A stretch of DNA of 64,000 bases from an uncultured Alphaproteobacteria bacterium (GCA_902613995.1 CACMJG010000004.1:75563-139562), one strand, 5' to 3'; numbered from the stretch's first letter, positions 51,349-63,733 are shown. Program-made: numbers and translations. The notes: generated from the letters alone by a model not told the origin.

Positions 51349-52050
51349 ATGAGATATTACATTTTAAAATTTATATTATTTCTTATTTTTACATTTTCAT
51401 ACTCAAATTTTTCATTTTCAGAAAATGAAAAAAAAGTGACCGCGATCGAGTTAATTCATTCTTCGGAAAATAGCCTTAAAGATTTAATATCAAATAGTGA
51501 ACTCACGCACCTTACTGAATATTTAAAAAATTCTCGAGCTATTTTAATATTTCCTGAATTATATGAAGGAGGCTTGGTATTTGGAGCAAAGGGTGGAAAT
51601 GGAATATTAATTATTAGAAGAGCTGGCGAGGAATTTTCAGGCCCTTTCTTTTATTCAATTGGTGGATTAAGTTTTGGTCTTCAAATTGGAGTGAAATCTG
51701 CGCAAGTTGCAATGACAATAATGACTAACAGGGGTTTAAACTCTATTTTAAAAGAAAGAGTTAAACTTGGAGTTGATGTTGATGCGGCAATAATAAATTC
51801 TGGAATAGGTTACTCTGCTGAAAGTACGTTAAGACTGGCAGATATTTACTCCTTTTCAGACAATTCTGGATTATTTGTTGGGGGGTCATTGGAAGGGACA
51901 TATCTTCAACCAAGGAATGATTTAAACCAAATTATACATGGTAAAGAGTTTACTTCTGAAGAAATATTAAAAAATAAATCAATTTCGAAAGGCATATCTA
52001 ATTTGTCTAAAATTCTTAATAAAATAGATGATTATAAAAGAATTAAATAA
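51349..52050 (+). CDS. SYLF/YSC84-like lipid-binding protein
   Basis: Signal peptide, GGLVFGAKGG.G, GLSFGLQIG, GLF.G.SLEG. Confidence 0.85.
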   Translation: MRYYILKFILFLIFTFSYSNFSFSENEKKVTAIELIHSSENSLKDLISNSELTHLTEYLKNSRAILIFPELYEGGLVFGAKGGNGILIIRRAGEEFSGPFFYSIGGLSFGLQIGVKSAQVAMTIMTNRGLNSILKERVKLGVDVDAAIINSGIGYSAESTLRLADIYSFSDNSGLFVGGSLEGTYLQPRNDLNQIIHGKEFTSEEILKNKSISKGISNLSKILNKIDDYKRIK

Positions 52051-52741
52051 AGAAAATGCTGTAATTTTGTGTGGACATGGATCAAGAGATTCTGATTACA
52101 GAAACGAAATGCTTTGCTTGAAGACAAAATTAGAAGAACATATTCGGTACGACGTTTTCAATTGTTTTATAGAAATAAATGAACCATCAATTGAAGACTG
52201 TTTAAAAGAAATAGTTCACAGGTACAAAAAAATCTTATTTTTCCCACTTCTTCTTTTCGACGGAAAACACATGATAAGAGATATAAAAACAAAAATTAAT
52301 ATGTTGTCACAAAAATTTGAAAAAAAAATTCACATAGTAACCAAGGTATCACTTTTAAAAGAGGTGCTCCCAAATATAAAAGATATAATAATTAATTCTC
52401 AGTATAAAGAATATAATACCTTAATAACATCCTGCTCATTTAGCAAAAAAAAAACTGTATTTAATCAATTAAGAAATTATACTAATAAGCTATCAACCAG
52501 CCTTAATATCCAAAATAAAATATTTCATTTTGTTGGTGATGAGGAGGTGGTTCTTTCTCAGTTAAAAAAACTTCGTATAAAAAATATTATTCTTCATCCT
52601 GTCTTTTTTTTTAATGGTTATTTATTCAAGAAAAATATTAGATACTTTGAAAAATATTTTAAGACTTTACAAATTTTTCCAATTGCACACTATGATCCAA
52701 TTATTCAAATTATTTCTGACAAACTAATTAGAAATATTTAG
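52028..52741 (+). CDS. Sirohydrochlorin chelatase (CbiX/SirB)-like, divergent
   Basis: VILCGHGSRD, FIE..EPSI, PLLLF.G.H, C-terminal P.FFFNG. Confidence 0.72.
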   Translation: MIIKELNKENAVILCGHGSRDSDYRNEMLCLKTKLEEHIRYDVFNCFIEINEPSIEDCLKEIVHRYKKILFFPLLLFDGKHMIRDIKTKINMLSQKFEKKIHIVTKVSLLKEVLPNIKDIIINSQYKEYNTLITSCSFSKKKTVFNQLRNYTNKLSTSLNIQNKIFHFVGDEEVVLSQLKKLRIKNIILHPVFFFNGYLFKKNIRYFEKYFKTLQIFPIAHYDPIIQIISDKLIRNI

Positions 52742-53308
52742 AGTTTTAACCATCTTTTTAATCAATAAATTTCTGGAAGAGTCAGCATAATCAAATATGG
52801 TTTTTCCAGAAAAATCTGTCAAATCTTTGTCAAAATTTTCTCTCACTAGTATGTTTACAGCATTCACATTTCCCTTTTCAATGCTATGCATCAGAGCTGT
52901 CATTCCTAATTTATCCTGGAAATTTAAATCGATACCGGATTTTACTAAATCTTCAATAAGTGAATATTTTTGAATATTGACATAATAAATTAACAACGAA
53001 GTTTTATTAAGAATTGTCGCCTTTGTGTTCGCGCCTTTTGAAACTAAAATATTAAACATTTTTCTGTCATCATTTAATAGCGCATATGAAAGAGCAACTA
53101 AATTTTTAGAGTCTTTGTAGTTTACTGCTGCATCTTTATCGAGCATTTCTTCAACTTTGTTATAATTTGATTTTTTAACAGCTGTCATAAAAACTCTATC
53201 AATCAAGACATCGCTGTCGTCTACTGAGATAACCGGTTTATTTAAAAAAATAATTGTTATGAAAAAAAAAAAAAAATATGGTTTTTTCTCTATAATTTTC
53301 TTATTCAT
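52724..53308 (-). CDS. Exported ankyrin-repeat protein (start moved to ATG 53308)
   Basis: Hydrophobic N-terminus; ankyrin repeats (QDKLGMTALMHS, DFSGKT). Confidence 0.8.
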   Translation of the reverse strand: MNKKIIEKKPYFFFFFITIIFLNKPVISVDDSDVLIDRVFMTAVKKSNYNKVEEMLDKDAAVNYKDSKNLVALSYALLNDDRKMFNILVSKGANTKATILNKTSLLIYYVNIQKYSLIEDLVKSGIDLNFQDKLGMTALMHSIEKGNVNAVNILVRENFDKDLTDFSGKTIFDYADSSRNLLIKKMVKTLNISN

Positions 53309-53316
53309 AAGAATGT

Positions 53317-53994
53317 ATGGTATTACAAAACGAAAAGAAATTCTATCTAATTGGAACAAATGCAAGTGATGTTGGAGATTGTACATTGCAGGCAATTGAA
53401 AAAGCAAAGCATGCTGAGGTAGTTGTACTATCCAAAAAATTTGATTCTAAGTTCTTCGAATTATTGGAGAATAAAAAAATATACTTTCAGGAAAATCTCT
53501 CTTCGAAAAATGATAGAGGTTTGTGGGAGAAAATTTATGAACTGTTCGAATCTACTGATATAATATGTCATCTCGTTGACGGCGATCCAGTTTTAGATGA
53601 AGAAGGATTACAAGAAATTAACTTCTTCAAAATAAAATATATTAATTGTGAAATCATTTCAGGTGTCATTAAAGTTATTAATTGTTTAAATTTAAATTCT
53701 AAATTATTAACAAATAGAGAAAAAAACTTTTCATCTACTTTTTTAAAAAAATTTAATAAAAAAAAACTTACAAAAATAATTGATAATTTTTATTTTGAAA
53801 AACTTATTATTTTTGTAGAAAATAAAGACGAATTAAAACAAATGAAAGCTTTTTTTGACAATTTATCTCCAGCGAAAATTAAAAAATTAAGTATTAGATG
53901 TGAAAAAAATAAAAATTTAAAAAATGATATTAAAATTATTGAGGATCTAAACACTCCATCTTATATTATTATTGAAAATCATGAAAAAACATAA
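53317..53994 (+). CDS. Degenerate tetrapyrrole methylase (CobA/CysG-like)
   Basis: FYLIG...D....TL.A...A.VV, L.DGDP, EIISGV; the GAGPG motif is degenerate. Confidence 0.55.
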   Translation: MVLQNEKKFYLIGTNASDVGDCTLQAIEKAKHAEVVVLSKKFDSKFFELLENKKIYFQENLSSKNDRGLWEKIYELFESTDIICHLVDGDPVLDEEGLQEINFFKIKYINCEIISGVIKVINCLNLNSKLLTNREKNFSSTFLKKFNKKKLTKIIDNFYFEKLIIFVENKDELKQMKAFFDNLSPAKIKKLSIRCEKNKNLKNDIKIIEDLNTPSYIIIENHEKT

Positions 53995-54565
53995 AATTAA
54001 TTTTAAAAAAAATTCAATTATGATGCTATCCCTTGTTGTTGTGATCGCTTTAGGTATTTTTTTTATCGATATTTTAAAGGATAAAACGGAAAAAGGGGTT
54101 AAGTTAGGTGGTAGATTTTTATTGATTGATCAAAATGAAATGAATTTTGACTCTAAAACTTCAAATAAAAACAAGTTGATCTACTTCGGTTATACATATT
54201 GTCCTGATGTGTGCCCATTCGATATATTAAAGTTATCAAAATTCATAGATAAAAACCCTCATTTAAAAAAAAAGCTGGATTTTATTTTTATTACAGTCGA
54301 CCCTGACAGAGATCAACCACAACAATTAAAAAGCTTTTTAGGAAACTTTAATTCTTCTATCATTGGTCTCACAGGTTCAAAAAGTCAGATCCAAGAGGTA
54401 ATTAAAAGATTTAGAATCTTTGTAAAAATACATAGGAATTCCTCCGATGATCAAAACTATTTAGTTGATCATAGCTCCTTATTTTTTTTAGTTGATAAAA
54501 ACGATGAATATTTAACTCACTTTAGACCGAGTGATTTTGACTCAAAGATTCAATCTTTACTTTAA
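53981..54565 (+). CDS. SCO/SenC copper chaperone
   Basis: YFGYTYCPDVCP, TVDPDRD, YLVDHS. Confidence 0.93.
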   Translation: MKKHKINFKKNSIMMLSLVVVIALGIFFIDILKDKTEKGVKLGGRFLLIDQNEMNFDSKTSNKNKLIYFGYTYCPDVCPFDILKLSKFIDKNPHLKKKLDFIFITVDPDRDQPQQLKSFLGNFNSSIIGLTGSKSQIQEVIKRFRIFVKIHRNSSDDQNYLVDHSSLFFLVDKNDEYLTHFRPSDFDSKIQSLL

Positions 54566-56433
54566 AAGAAGTTTTCCAATATTGATTCGAATACGTTTTT
54601 TTTTGGTTGAATCTTTGATTTTTCAATTATCTCTCTAATCTTTGACTTAGTTTGATCTAATGAATCATCTGGGATTCCTAAATTTAGTGCTTGAGGTTGA
54701 ATATTTATATGGGCTTTCTTCATAAACTCTCCCCAAAGGATAGCGGGAGCTGTTCCACCTGTTATCTGCTCCATAGGTGAATCATCATCATTTCCAAACC
54801 AAACCCCAACTACAATATTTGAAGTAAAACCTACAAACCACGCGTCTCTGAGTGATTGACTCGTACCAGTTTTTCCAGCTGCTGGTCTGTTTATTTTTGC
54901 TTTTTTACCGGTACCATTAATAATTGTCTGTTCCATCATTTCTGTCATTGTTTTCACTGTATAAGAATTTAAGATTTTGCCAGGTCCTTGAATCTTTCTC
55001 GTGAAAAGATTTTTTCCTTCTGTGTTCTCTATTGACCTAATTCCATGAACAAAAACACCATTTCCATTATTAGCCAAAACGTCATACGCTGCTGTAAGTT
55101 CTAAAAGATTGACCTCAGAGGTTCCCAATGCCAGAGATGGTGAATTTAAGATCGGGCTTGTTATTCCCATGAGTTTGGCTATCTTGATTACTTTTTCTCT
55201 TCCAATATCTTCGGAAATTTTTACAGCAACAGTGTTAATAGAATTTGAAAAGGCATCTTTGACACTTACCTCGCCTATATACTTATCTTTATAATTTTTA
55301 GGTGACCATCCATTAATATCTATTTTTGAATCAACAACAAGGTCATCAGGTCCAAAGCCATTTTCCAAACCAGCTAGATATACAAAAAGTTTGAATGCTG
55401 AACCTGGTTGTCTTTTTGCTTGAGTTACTCTATTAAATTGCGAGTCACCATAATCTCGTCCTCCAATCATCGATATAACACCACCATCCAAGTTAAGACT
55501 AACTAATGCTGATTGATCAGCAGATGGAAAATTTTCTGTTACTTTATTGAGTGATTCTTCAGCAATTTTTTGTAGCTTAACATCCAAAGTTGTTCTGACT
55601 ATTAAATCCTCGTTTATTTCTCCAACATAAGCTTTAACTCTTGGAAGCAGCCAGTCTATAAAATATCTTGTACTTTTGGGAGGTGTAGTAAATTTTGTGT
55701 ATTTTTTATTATTATACTTTGCCTCTTTGACTTTGTCTTTACTTATCTTTTGACTTTTGGCCATATTTTCCAGTACCAAAGAAGCTCTCTCCTGAGAAAG
55801 TTTTTTATTAGCAATTGGATTGTACCTTGAAGGAGCTTTCAGCAAACTAGCAATGACTGCACACTCGTATAAATTTAAATCTTCTACTTTTTTATTAAAA
55901 TATTTTTCTGATGCAGCTTGAACACCATAAGTTCCAGATCCCAAATAAACTCTATTCAAATAAATACTTAAAATTTGTTTCTTGGAAAATCTTAATTCAA
56001 GCCACAAACTCAGAATTAATTCATGTAGTTTTCGTGTGAAAGACCTTTCAGGAGTCAAAAAAAGATTTTTAGCCAACTGTTGCGTGATAGTGCTTCCACC
56101 TTGAACTATCCTTCTTTCTTTTAAATTTACGTAAATTGCTCTTAAAACTCCTTTTATATCCACACCATAATGATTAAAAAATCTTTTATCTTCTGTAACG
56201 ATAACTGCATTAATAAGATTTTCAGGTAAATTATTATACTTTATTGACTTTCCATATATATCACCATATGAAGCAATAATCCTTCCATCTTTATCTAGAA
56301 AAGTAATACTAGGTTGTCTAGAAATTTTAATGGATTCTGTTTCAGGTAAATTTAATAACGACCATGTTACCGCCATGCTTGAAAATAATACAAGCCAGAT
56401 AAAAATAACTAGCAACCACCTCAAAGCTCTCAA
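54562..56433 (-). CDS. Class A penicillin-binding protein (PBP1A family)
   Basis: EDKRF, QGGSTITQQLAKN, RQPGSAFK, SIN, GKTGT. Confidence 0.95.
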   Translation of the reverse strand: MRALRWLLVIFIWLVLFSSMAVTWSLLNLPETESIKISRQPSITFLDKDGRIIASYGDIYGKSIKYNNLPENLINAVIVTEDKRFFNHYGVDIKGVLRAIYVNLKERRIVQGGSTITQQLAKNLFLTPERSFTRKLHELILSLWLELRFSKKQILSIYLNRVYLGSGTYGVQAASEKYFNKKVEDLNLYECAVIASLLKAPSRYNPIANKKLSQERASLVLENMAKSQKISKDKVKEAKYNNKKYTKFTTPPKSTRYFIDWLLPRVKAYVGEINEDLIVRTTLDVKLQKIAEESLNKVTENFPSADQSALVSLNLDGGVISMIGGRDYGDSQFNRVTQAKRQPGSAFKLFVYLAGLENGFGPDDLVVDSKIDINGWSPKNYKDKYIGEVSVKDAFSNSINTVAVKISEDIGREKVIKIAKLMGITSPILNSPSLALGTSEVNLLELTAAYDVLANNGNGVFVHGIRSIENTEGKNLFTRKIQGPGKILNSYTVKTMTEMMEQTIINGTGKKAKINRPAAGKTGTSQSLRDAWFVGFTSNIVVGVWFGNDDDSPMEQITGGTAPAILWGEFMKKAHINIQPQALNLGIPDDSLDQTKSKIREIIEKSKIQPKKNVFESILENFF

Positions 56434-56467
56434 TCTATTTAACCCAATTTAAAATTGTTAATTATAT

Positions 56468-58888
<2,421 letters not shown>

Positions 58889-58916
58889 TTAAACCTAAAA
58901 TTATTCATTATTATAA

Positions 58917-60059
58917 CTAATTATTAAGAACTTTAAACCTATTATCATCAATATTTATATTATGAATCTTCGATTGAAATTTCTCTATTTGATGAATGGA
59001 ATCTGGTCTTACATCAGTCATCCAAGTTTGGAGTTTTAATTCATTAAGTCTGTCTATGATATTTCGTATAAATCTAATGTCTAAATAAGAAAATATATCA
59101 TCAAGCAAGAAAAGGACATTTGAGTTTTTGATTTTCTCTAAAGCATTAAGGAACGAAAATAGTATTGATATTATAATAATTTTTTGTTCTCCTGTAGAAA
59201 AGTTTTTCCCTTCCTTATTACTTTTTTTTTCATAGACCAGTAAATCGGTTTTGTTAACGCTAAAATTTGTTCGTCCTGAAATTGAATCCTTTAATCTGTT
59301 TTTTTTTAATTCCTTAATGATCAACTCCTCAACAAAAAGTGCGGGCTTTTCTAAAAGCATTCTATCAGCTGTTCCATTTAATTTAAGATTTAACATCGGA
59401 ATTTGATCGTCAATTTTAAAAAAACACTTATTAAGGCTGTCCAAAAAAATTCTTCTTGAATCGCAAATCACTACACCTACTTCGGACATTTTTTTTTCAA
59501 TTACATCTAACCACTTATCATTTTTTGAAATTTCTAAATTTTTAAGAATTCTTAATCTTTCATTTTTAAGTTTCTTATAATCTAATAGTTTTTTTTTATA
59601 AAAAACATCTGTAGCTGACACCATTAAATCCAAAAAACCTCGTCTATCTTCAGGTTTTCCCTGAAGCAAATGAGACATTTGTGGTAAAACCCAAAAAATG
59701 TTCATAAAGCCTCTTAAGCTCGTTTTCCTTTTGTCTATAGATATAACCTTTTTAATAAGATTTGACTCACCTTTTAATCCAAATCCTAAATCAAAAATTT
59801 TATTATCTGTGTAAACTTTTAAATTTACACCAAAAAGCTCCTTAGGACCAATCAAATCATATCGTATTAATTCTGATAATTTTGCGTTTCTGAAACCAGT
59901 ATTTGAATCAAATAGAGAGATAGACTCTAGTACATTAGTTTTTCCAGCCCCATTCTTTCCATTAATTAAAATGATATTTTTTGTCGGATTTATTTGTAAA
60001 AATTTGTGGTTTCTATAATTACTCAGTTTAAGCTGTGTAATCCTTAAGTTGTTCTCCAT
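58917..60059 (-). CDS. recF: DNA replication and repair protein RecF
   Basis: GKNGAGKTN.LE, STGEQK, LLDD; between dnaN and gyrB. Confidence 0.93.
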   Translation of the reverse strand: MENNLRITQLKLSNYRNHKFLQINPTKNIILINGKNGAGKTNVLESISLFDSNTGFRNAKLSELIRYDLIGPKELFGVNLKVYTDNKIFDLGFGLKGESNLIKKVISIDKRKTSLRGFMNIFWVLPQMSHLLQGKPEDRRGFLDLMVSATDVFYKKKLLDYKKLKNERLRILKNLEISKNDKWLDVIEKKMSEVGVVICDSRRIFLDSLNKCFFKIDDQIPMLNLKLNGTADRMLLEKPALFVEELIIKELKKNRLKDSISGRTNFSVNKTDLLVYEKKSNKEGKNFSTGEQKIIIISILFSFLNALEKIKNSNVLFLLDDIFSYLDIRFIRNIIDRLNELKLQTWMTDVRPDSIHQIEKFQSKIHNINIDDNRFKVLNN

Positions 60060-60067
60060 GAAAAATT

Positions 60068-61174
60068 TTAGGCTCTCATTTGCATTATTAAGAACAGGGA
60101 ATTTTTAATTGATGGAGTTTCTAAAATTGTTGGTGCCGTATCTTTAGAAAAGAAGAATTTTACTTTTCCTTCTTTTATAATATTTAAAACATCTAGAACA
60201 TATCTAGAATTAAAATTAATTGAGAATGCTGGTCCACTATATCCTACTTTGACATTTTCAGTACCTATCGACTTCTCTGTTCCAAATGAGCTTACTATAC
60301 AAACATTATTTGAAACATCAAATTTTACAGTTCTAAATTTCTCATTCGAAATTGTTGACACTCTGTCTATACTTTCACTAAAACTTTTACAGTCAACTTC
60401 CATTATTTGATCGTTTGCAGTTGGAATGACGCTTTCATAATCAGGAAATGACGAATTTATTAACTTTGTGATAATTTTAATATGTCCTAGATCAATTTTT
60501 AGTCTTGTTTTTGAGAAATTTAAGGCAATTTTTCCTTCAAACTCCTCTAGTATCTTTGATATTTCAAATACTGTTTTTTTTGGGATAATTATTCCATCAA
60601 AATTTCCAGAAAAGTCTTTGGTAAGTGAACTTTTGGATAATCTATGGCCATCAGTTGCAACCGTTGAAATTAAATTTTTACTTAAATGTAAATAAATTCC
60701 ATTTAGATATTGCCTAGATTCATCTAATCCCATACAAAATTTACAATTATCTATTAAATCTTTCAGATAAACTGATTCCAACTCAATTTTTGTATCTAAT
60801 TCATTAAGATCCATAATAGGAAAGTCGTCAACTGGAAGGGTGGGGATTGAAAATTTAGACTCATTATAAGCGACATAGACAAGATCGACTTTTTCATCCT
60901 TTCTCAATTCAATATTACAGCTGTCCGGAGCTTTTCTTATTATGTCATAAAATAGTTGTGAAGGAATAGTTATACTGCCAGCTTTTATTATATTAGCGGA
61001 AAGCGTTTCACTTACTTCTAGTGCAAGATCAGTTGCTGTGATCTCCAAACCATTTGTTTCATCAACTATTAATCTGATATTTGATAGAATTGGTATAGTG
61101 TTCCGTTTTTCAACAACACTTTGGAAATGGTTAAGACATTCTAAAAGACCTTTTTTGGAAACAGAAAATTCCAT
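60068..61174 (-). CDS. dnaN: DNA polymerase III beta clamp
   Basis: VEKRNTIPILSN, ATDL, ATDGHRL, FPDY, M.MR. Confidence 0.97.
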   Translation of the reverse strand: MEFSVSKKGLLECLNHFQSVVEKRNTIPILSNIRLIVDETNGLEITATDLALEVSETLSANIIKAGSITIPSQLFYDIIRKAPDSCNIELRKDEKVDLVYVAYNESKFSIPTLPVDDFPIMDLNELDTKIELESVYLKDLIDNCKFCMGLDESRQYLNGIYLHLSKNLISTVATDGHRLSKSSLTKDFSGNFDGIIIPKKTVFEISKILEEFEGKIALNFSKTRLKIDLGHIKIITKLINSSFPDYESVIPTANDQIMEVDCKSFSESIDRVSTISNEKFRTVKFDVSNNVCIVSSFGTEKSIGTENVKVGYSGPAFSINFNSRYVLDVLNIIKEGKVKFFFSKDTAPTILETPSIKNSLFLIMQMRA

Positions 61175-61175
61175 T

Positions 61176-62567
61176 TTAGGACTCCAGCATCCTGATCAGT
61201 AACTGAACGTCTTCGTCAAAGCTATCATCTTTATTTCTTAGTTCTTCAACTTTTTTTACTGCATGTATTACTGTTGTATGATCTCTGTTACCAAATCTTC
61301 TCCCAATTTCAGGTAAAGATCGTGATGTCAAATTTTTAGACAGATACATTGCTATCTGTCTAGGCCTTGCGACTGTTCTTGATCTTCTAGATGAACTCAT
61401 GTCTGACATTTTAACATTAAAATGCTGAGAAACTTTCTTTTGGATTTCTTCAATATTTACTTTTCTTTGTGAAGATTTTAATAAATCTTTTAAAAGATCT
61501 TGAACCATGTCTATATTGATTTCTCTACCAACAAGAGAAGAAAATGCTGATAATCTATTTAAAGCTCCTTCAAGCTCTCTCACATTTGAGGTTATTTTAT
61601 GAGCTAAAAACTCTAGAATATTTGGAGGGATACTAGCTGTAAGCTTTTCTTCTTTTGCTTGTAAAATTCCTAACCTTAATTCATAAGTAAGTGGATGAAT
61701 GTCTGCAACAAGTCCCCAACCTAGTCTTGACCTCATTCTTTCTTCAATACCCTCCAAGTCTTGCGGAGACTTATCAGCAGAAATTATTAATTGTTTGTTC
61801 TGGTCAATCAATGCATTAAAAGTATGAAAAAATTCTTCTTGGGTTGAATCTTTACCAGATATGAATTGAACATCGTCTATCATTAAAACATCAACGTTTC
61901 TAAATTGTTCTTTAAAGGCAACTGTATTTTTAAATCTTAATGCTTTAATAAAATAATACATAAACTTCTCAGCTGACATGTAAATAACTCTTCTTAGAGG
62001 TTTCCTCTCTTTTATCTCGTGTGCTATGGCATGCATAAGATGAGTTTTACCTAAACCAACTCCTCCATAAAGAAACAAAGGATTGAATGGAACATCATTT
62101 GATTCCGCCACTCTTCTGGCTGCTGCAAATGCAAGTTCGTTAGGTTTGCCGACTATAAAATTTGAAAATGTAAACCTAGTATCTAAGTCTGAACTTATAG
62201 AATTAAAAATATCATCTTGCTTGTTATAGTCTTTATTTTTTGTTTCAGACTTCTTAATTGCTGAAGATGATTTTGTAGAAATTTTGGGTTTATTGTCTGG
62301 TGCAATTACAATTTCAATATCATTAACTTTTAAGTTTTGAACTAGCCAATAACTTTTAATGATATCTAAGTATTGTTCTATAATCCTTGTTCTAACAAAC
62401 GCACTTGGGACACTTAGTATAATTTTTCCATCAACGCATTCTTTTAAGGATATAATTTTTATCCAGCTCTTAAACTGGGCATCTCCTATTTTTTGTCTTA
62501 TTCGCCCTCGCACCGTTGCCCATTGCGCTTGAATTTCAGAAAAATCCTTAGAATCAATTTCAACCAC
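61176..62567 (-). CDS. dnaA: Chromosomal replication initiator DnaA (start probably GTG 62567 after AAGGA)
   Basis: FNPLFLYGGVGLGKTHL, IDDVQF, NVRELEGAL, RDHTTVIHA. Confidence 0.97.
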   Translation of the reverse strand: MVEIDSKDFSEIQAQWATVRGRIRQKIGDAQFKSWIKIISLKECVDGKIILSVPSAFVRTRIIEQYLDIIKSYWLVQNLKVNDIEIVIAPDNKPKISTKSSSAIKKSETKNKDYNKQDDIFNSISSDLDTRFTFSNFIVGKPNELAFAAARRVAESNDVPFNPLFLYGGVGLGKTHLMHAIAHEIKERKPLRRVIYMSAEKFMYYFIKALRFKNTVAFKEQFRNVDVLMIDDVQFISGKDSTQEEFFHTFNALIDQNKQLIISADKSPQDLEGIEERMRSRLGWGLVADIHPLTYELRLGILQAKEEKLTASIPPNILEFLAHKITSNVRELEGALNRLSAFSSLVGREINIDMVQDLLKDLLKSSQRKVNIEEIQKKVSQHFNVKMSDMSSSRRSRTVARPRQIAMYLSKNLTSRSLPEIGRRFGNRDHTTVIHAVKKVEELRNKDDSFDEDVQLLIRMLES

Positions 62568-62572
62568 TGGAT

Positions 62573-62998
62573 TTATCCTTGTTTCCAGGGAAGTTTTGAA
62601 TTTTTCCAACCATTAACATTACCTCTGTGTCCTAACTCGTCGTGAGAGCCTTCGAAACCCTCACAAAAATTGAAACAATGTTTATATCCATGATTTGTTA
62701 AAAATTCTGCTGCAGATCTTGATCTAGCACCTGACCTACAGATAAAAATTAAAGTAGAATCTTTTGATAAACCTAAATCTGATATTTCCTTTAGAAAATT
62801 ATCATTTTTTTCCATTAAAGGATAGGATTGCCATTCAACAAAATGTGTATTTTTTCCTAAATTGGTTAGATCGGGCACACCAACGAAATTCCATTCTGCA
62901 CTAGTTCTGCAGTCGATTAAGTGTGAATCTTTGTTATTTTTTAACAGATCCCAGGTTTTCTCCGGGTTTATGTCACCCGCATAGTCTAAATCATTCAT
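62573..62998 (-). CDS. Rhodanese-like sulfurtransferase
   Basis: IDCRT..EW..VG.P, active-site ICRSGARS, GFEG, GWK...LPW. Confidence 0.9.
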   Translation of the reverse strand: MNDLDYAGDINPEKTWDLLKNNKDSHLIDCRTSAEWNFVGVPDLTNLGKNTHFVEWQSYPLMEKNDNFLKEISDLGLSKDSTLIFICRSGARSRSAAEFLTNHGYKHCFNFCEGFEGSHDELGHRGNVNGWKNSKLPWKQG

Positions 62999-63013
62999 AA
63001 TAAGTAAATAATG

Positions 63014-63042
63014 AGATTAACTAATAAAAAACTATGAATCAA
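63014..63042 (-). promoter_or_regulatory. Candidate sigma70 promoter for the rhodanese-dnaA operon
   Basis: TTGATT-N17-TAATCT; GANTC at 63036-63040 overlaps the -35. Confidence 0.4.
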
Positions 63043-63058
63043 TAACGTAAAAAAAAAA

Positions 63059-63325
63059 TTAATTAATAGATTTAATTTTTTTGGCTAACCTTGAAATTAG
63101 TCTGGAAGCTGTGTTTTTTTTGTAAACACCTTTATTAACCGATTTTGCAAGCTCTGATTCAACTTTAAGGAAATTTTTACTTAACTCTGCTTTATTTTTT
63201 TTATCTAGAGTTACTGAATCAATCTTTTTTATAGAGCTTCTAATCCTGGATTTTCTATTTTTATTTAGCTCAGAACGTTTGGAATTCTGAACAATTCTCT
63301 TCTTTGAAGATTTAATATTTGCCAT
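63059..63325 (-). CDS. rpsT: 30S ribosomal protein S20
   Basis: MANIKSSKKRI, KGV.KKNTASR. Confidence 0.97.
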   Translation of the reverse strand: MANIKSSKKRIVQNSKRSELNKNRKSRIRSSIKKIDSVTLDKKNKAELSKNFLKVESELAKSVNKGVYKKNTASRLISRLAKKIKSIN

Positions 63326-63334
63326 ATTGAGCAG

Positions 63335-63363
63335 TTTATACTTTTCAAATCATTTTTGGTCAA
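63335..63363 (-). promoter_or_regulatory. Sigma70 promoter of rpsT
   Basis: TTGACC-N17-TATAAA, ending 9 nt upstream of the ATG. Confidence 0.65.
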
Positions 63364-63367
63364 GTAG

Positions 63368-63733
63368 TTATTGATTTATTTCTGATGGAAAAATGTTAAA
63401 CTTAACAAATATTTTCTCTTTTTCTCTTTTACATATTATTTCTAATGTCTCATTATTTCTATTGAAAATCAGAGACTTCTTTTCTTTCCATCCTAGATTT
63501 GGGAGAATCATTTTGTAAAATTCAATAACCTCTTCCTCTTCATAATCACCATTAATTTCGACTGAGACATATCTACCATCAATCTTATCAAATAATATTA
63601 GCGAGTCTTCCACATACTCCATTTTTTTGTATAACGGGATGTCTTCAAGTCCATTTATGAATTTTGACGCAAAAGGGTTGTATGGTAACAAAAAAAAAAG
63701 AAGAAATATTATTGATATTTTTATTTTTGGCAT
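63368..63733 (-). CDS. Exported hypothetical protein (start probably ATG 63733)
   Basis: Signal peptide, F..GLEDIPL, FDKIDGR, FY...LP.LGW. Confidence 0.7.
   Translation of the reverse strand: MPKIKISIIFLLFFLLPYNPFASKFINGLEDIPLYKKMEYVEDSLILFDKIDGRYVSVEINGDYEEEEVIEFYKMILPNLGWKEKKSLIFNRNNETLEIICKREKEKIFVKFNIFPSEINQ

Noticed and set aside
53262-53276. T15 tract in the ankyrin gene signal region as a phase-variation site
   Set aside because: Currently in frame and encodes a poly-Phe hydrophobic stretch; long homopolymers are common in this genome and there is no further evidence
53309-53407. N-terminal extension of the ankyrin ORF in the track
   Set aside because: Overlaps the opposite-strand methylase-like gene; ATG 53308 precedes a normal signal-like segment
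62573-62609. Open -1 frame linking the rhodanese to dnaA (TTG 62609)
   Set aside because: GTG 62567 with a well-spaced AAGGA explains initiation; no canonical slippery heptamer
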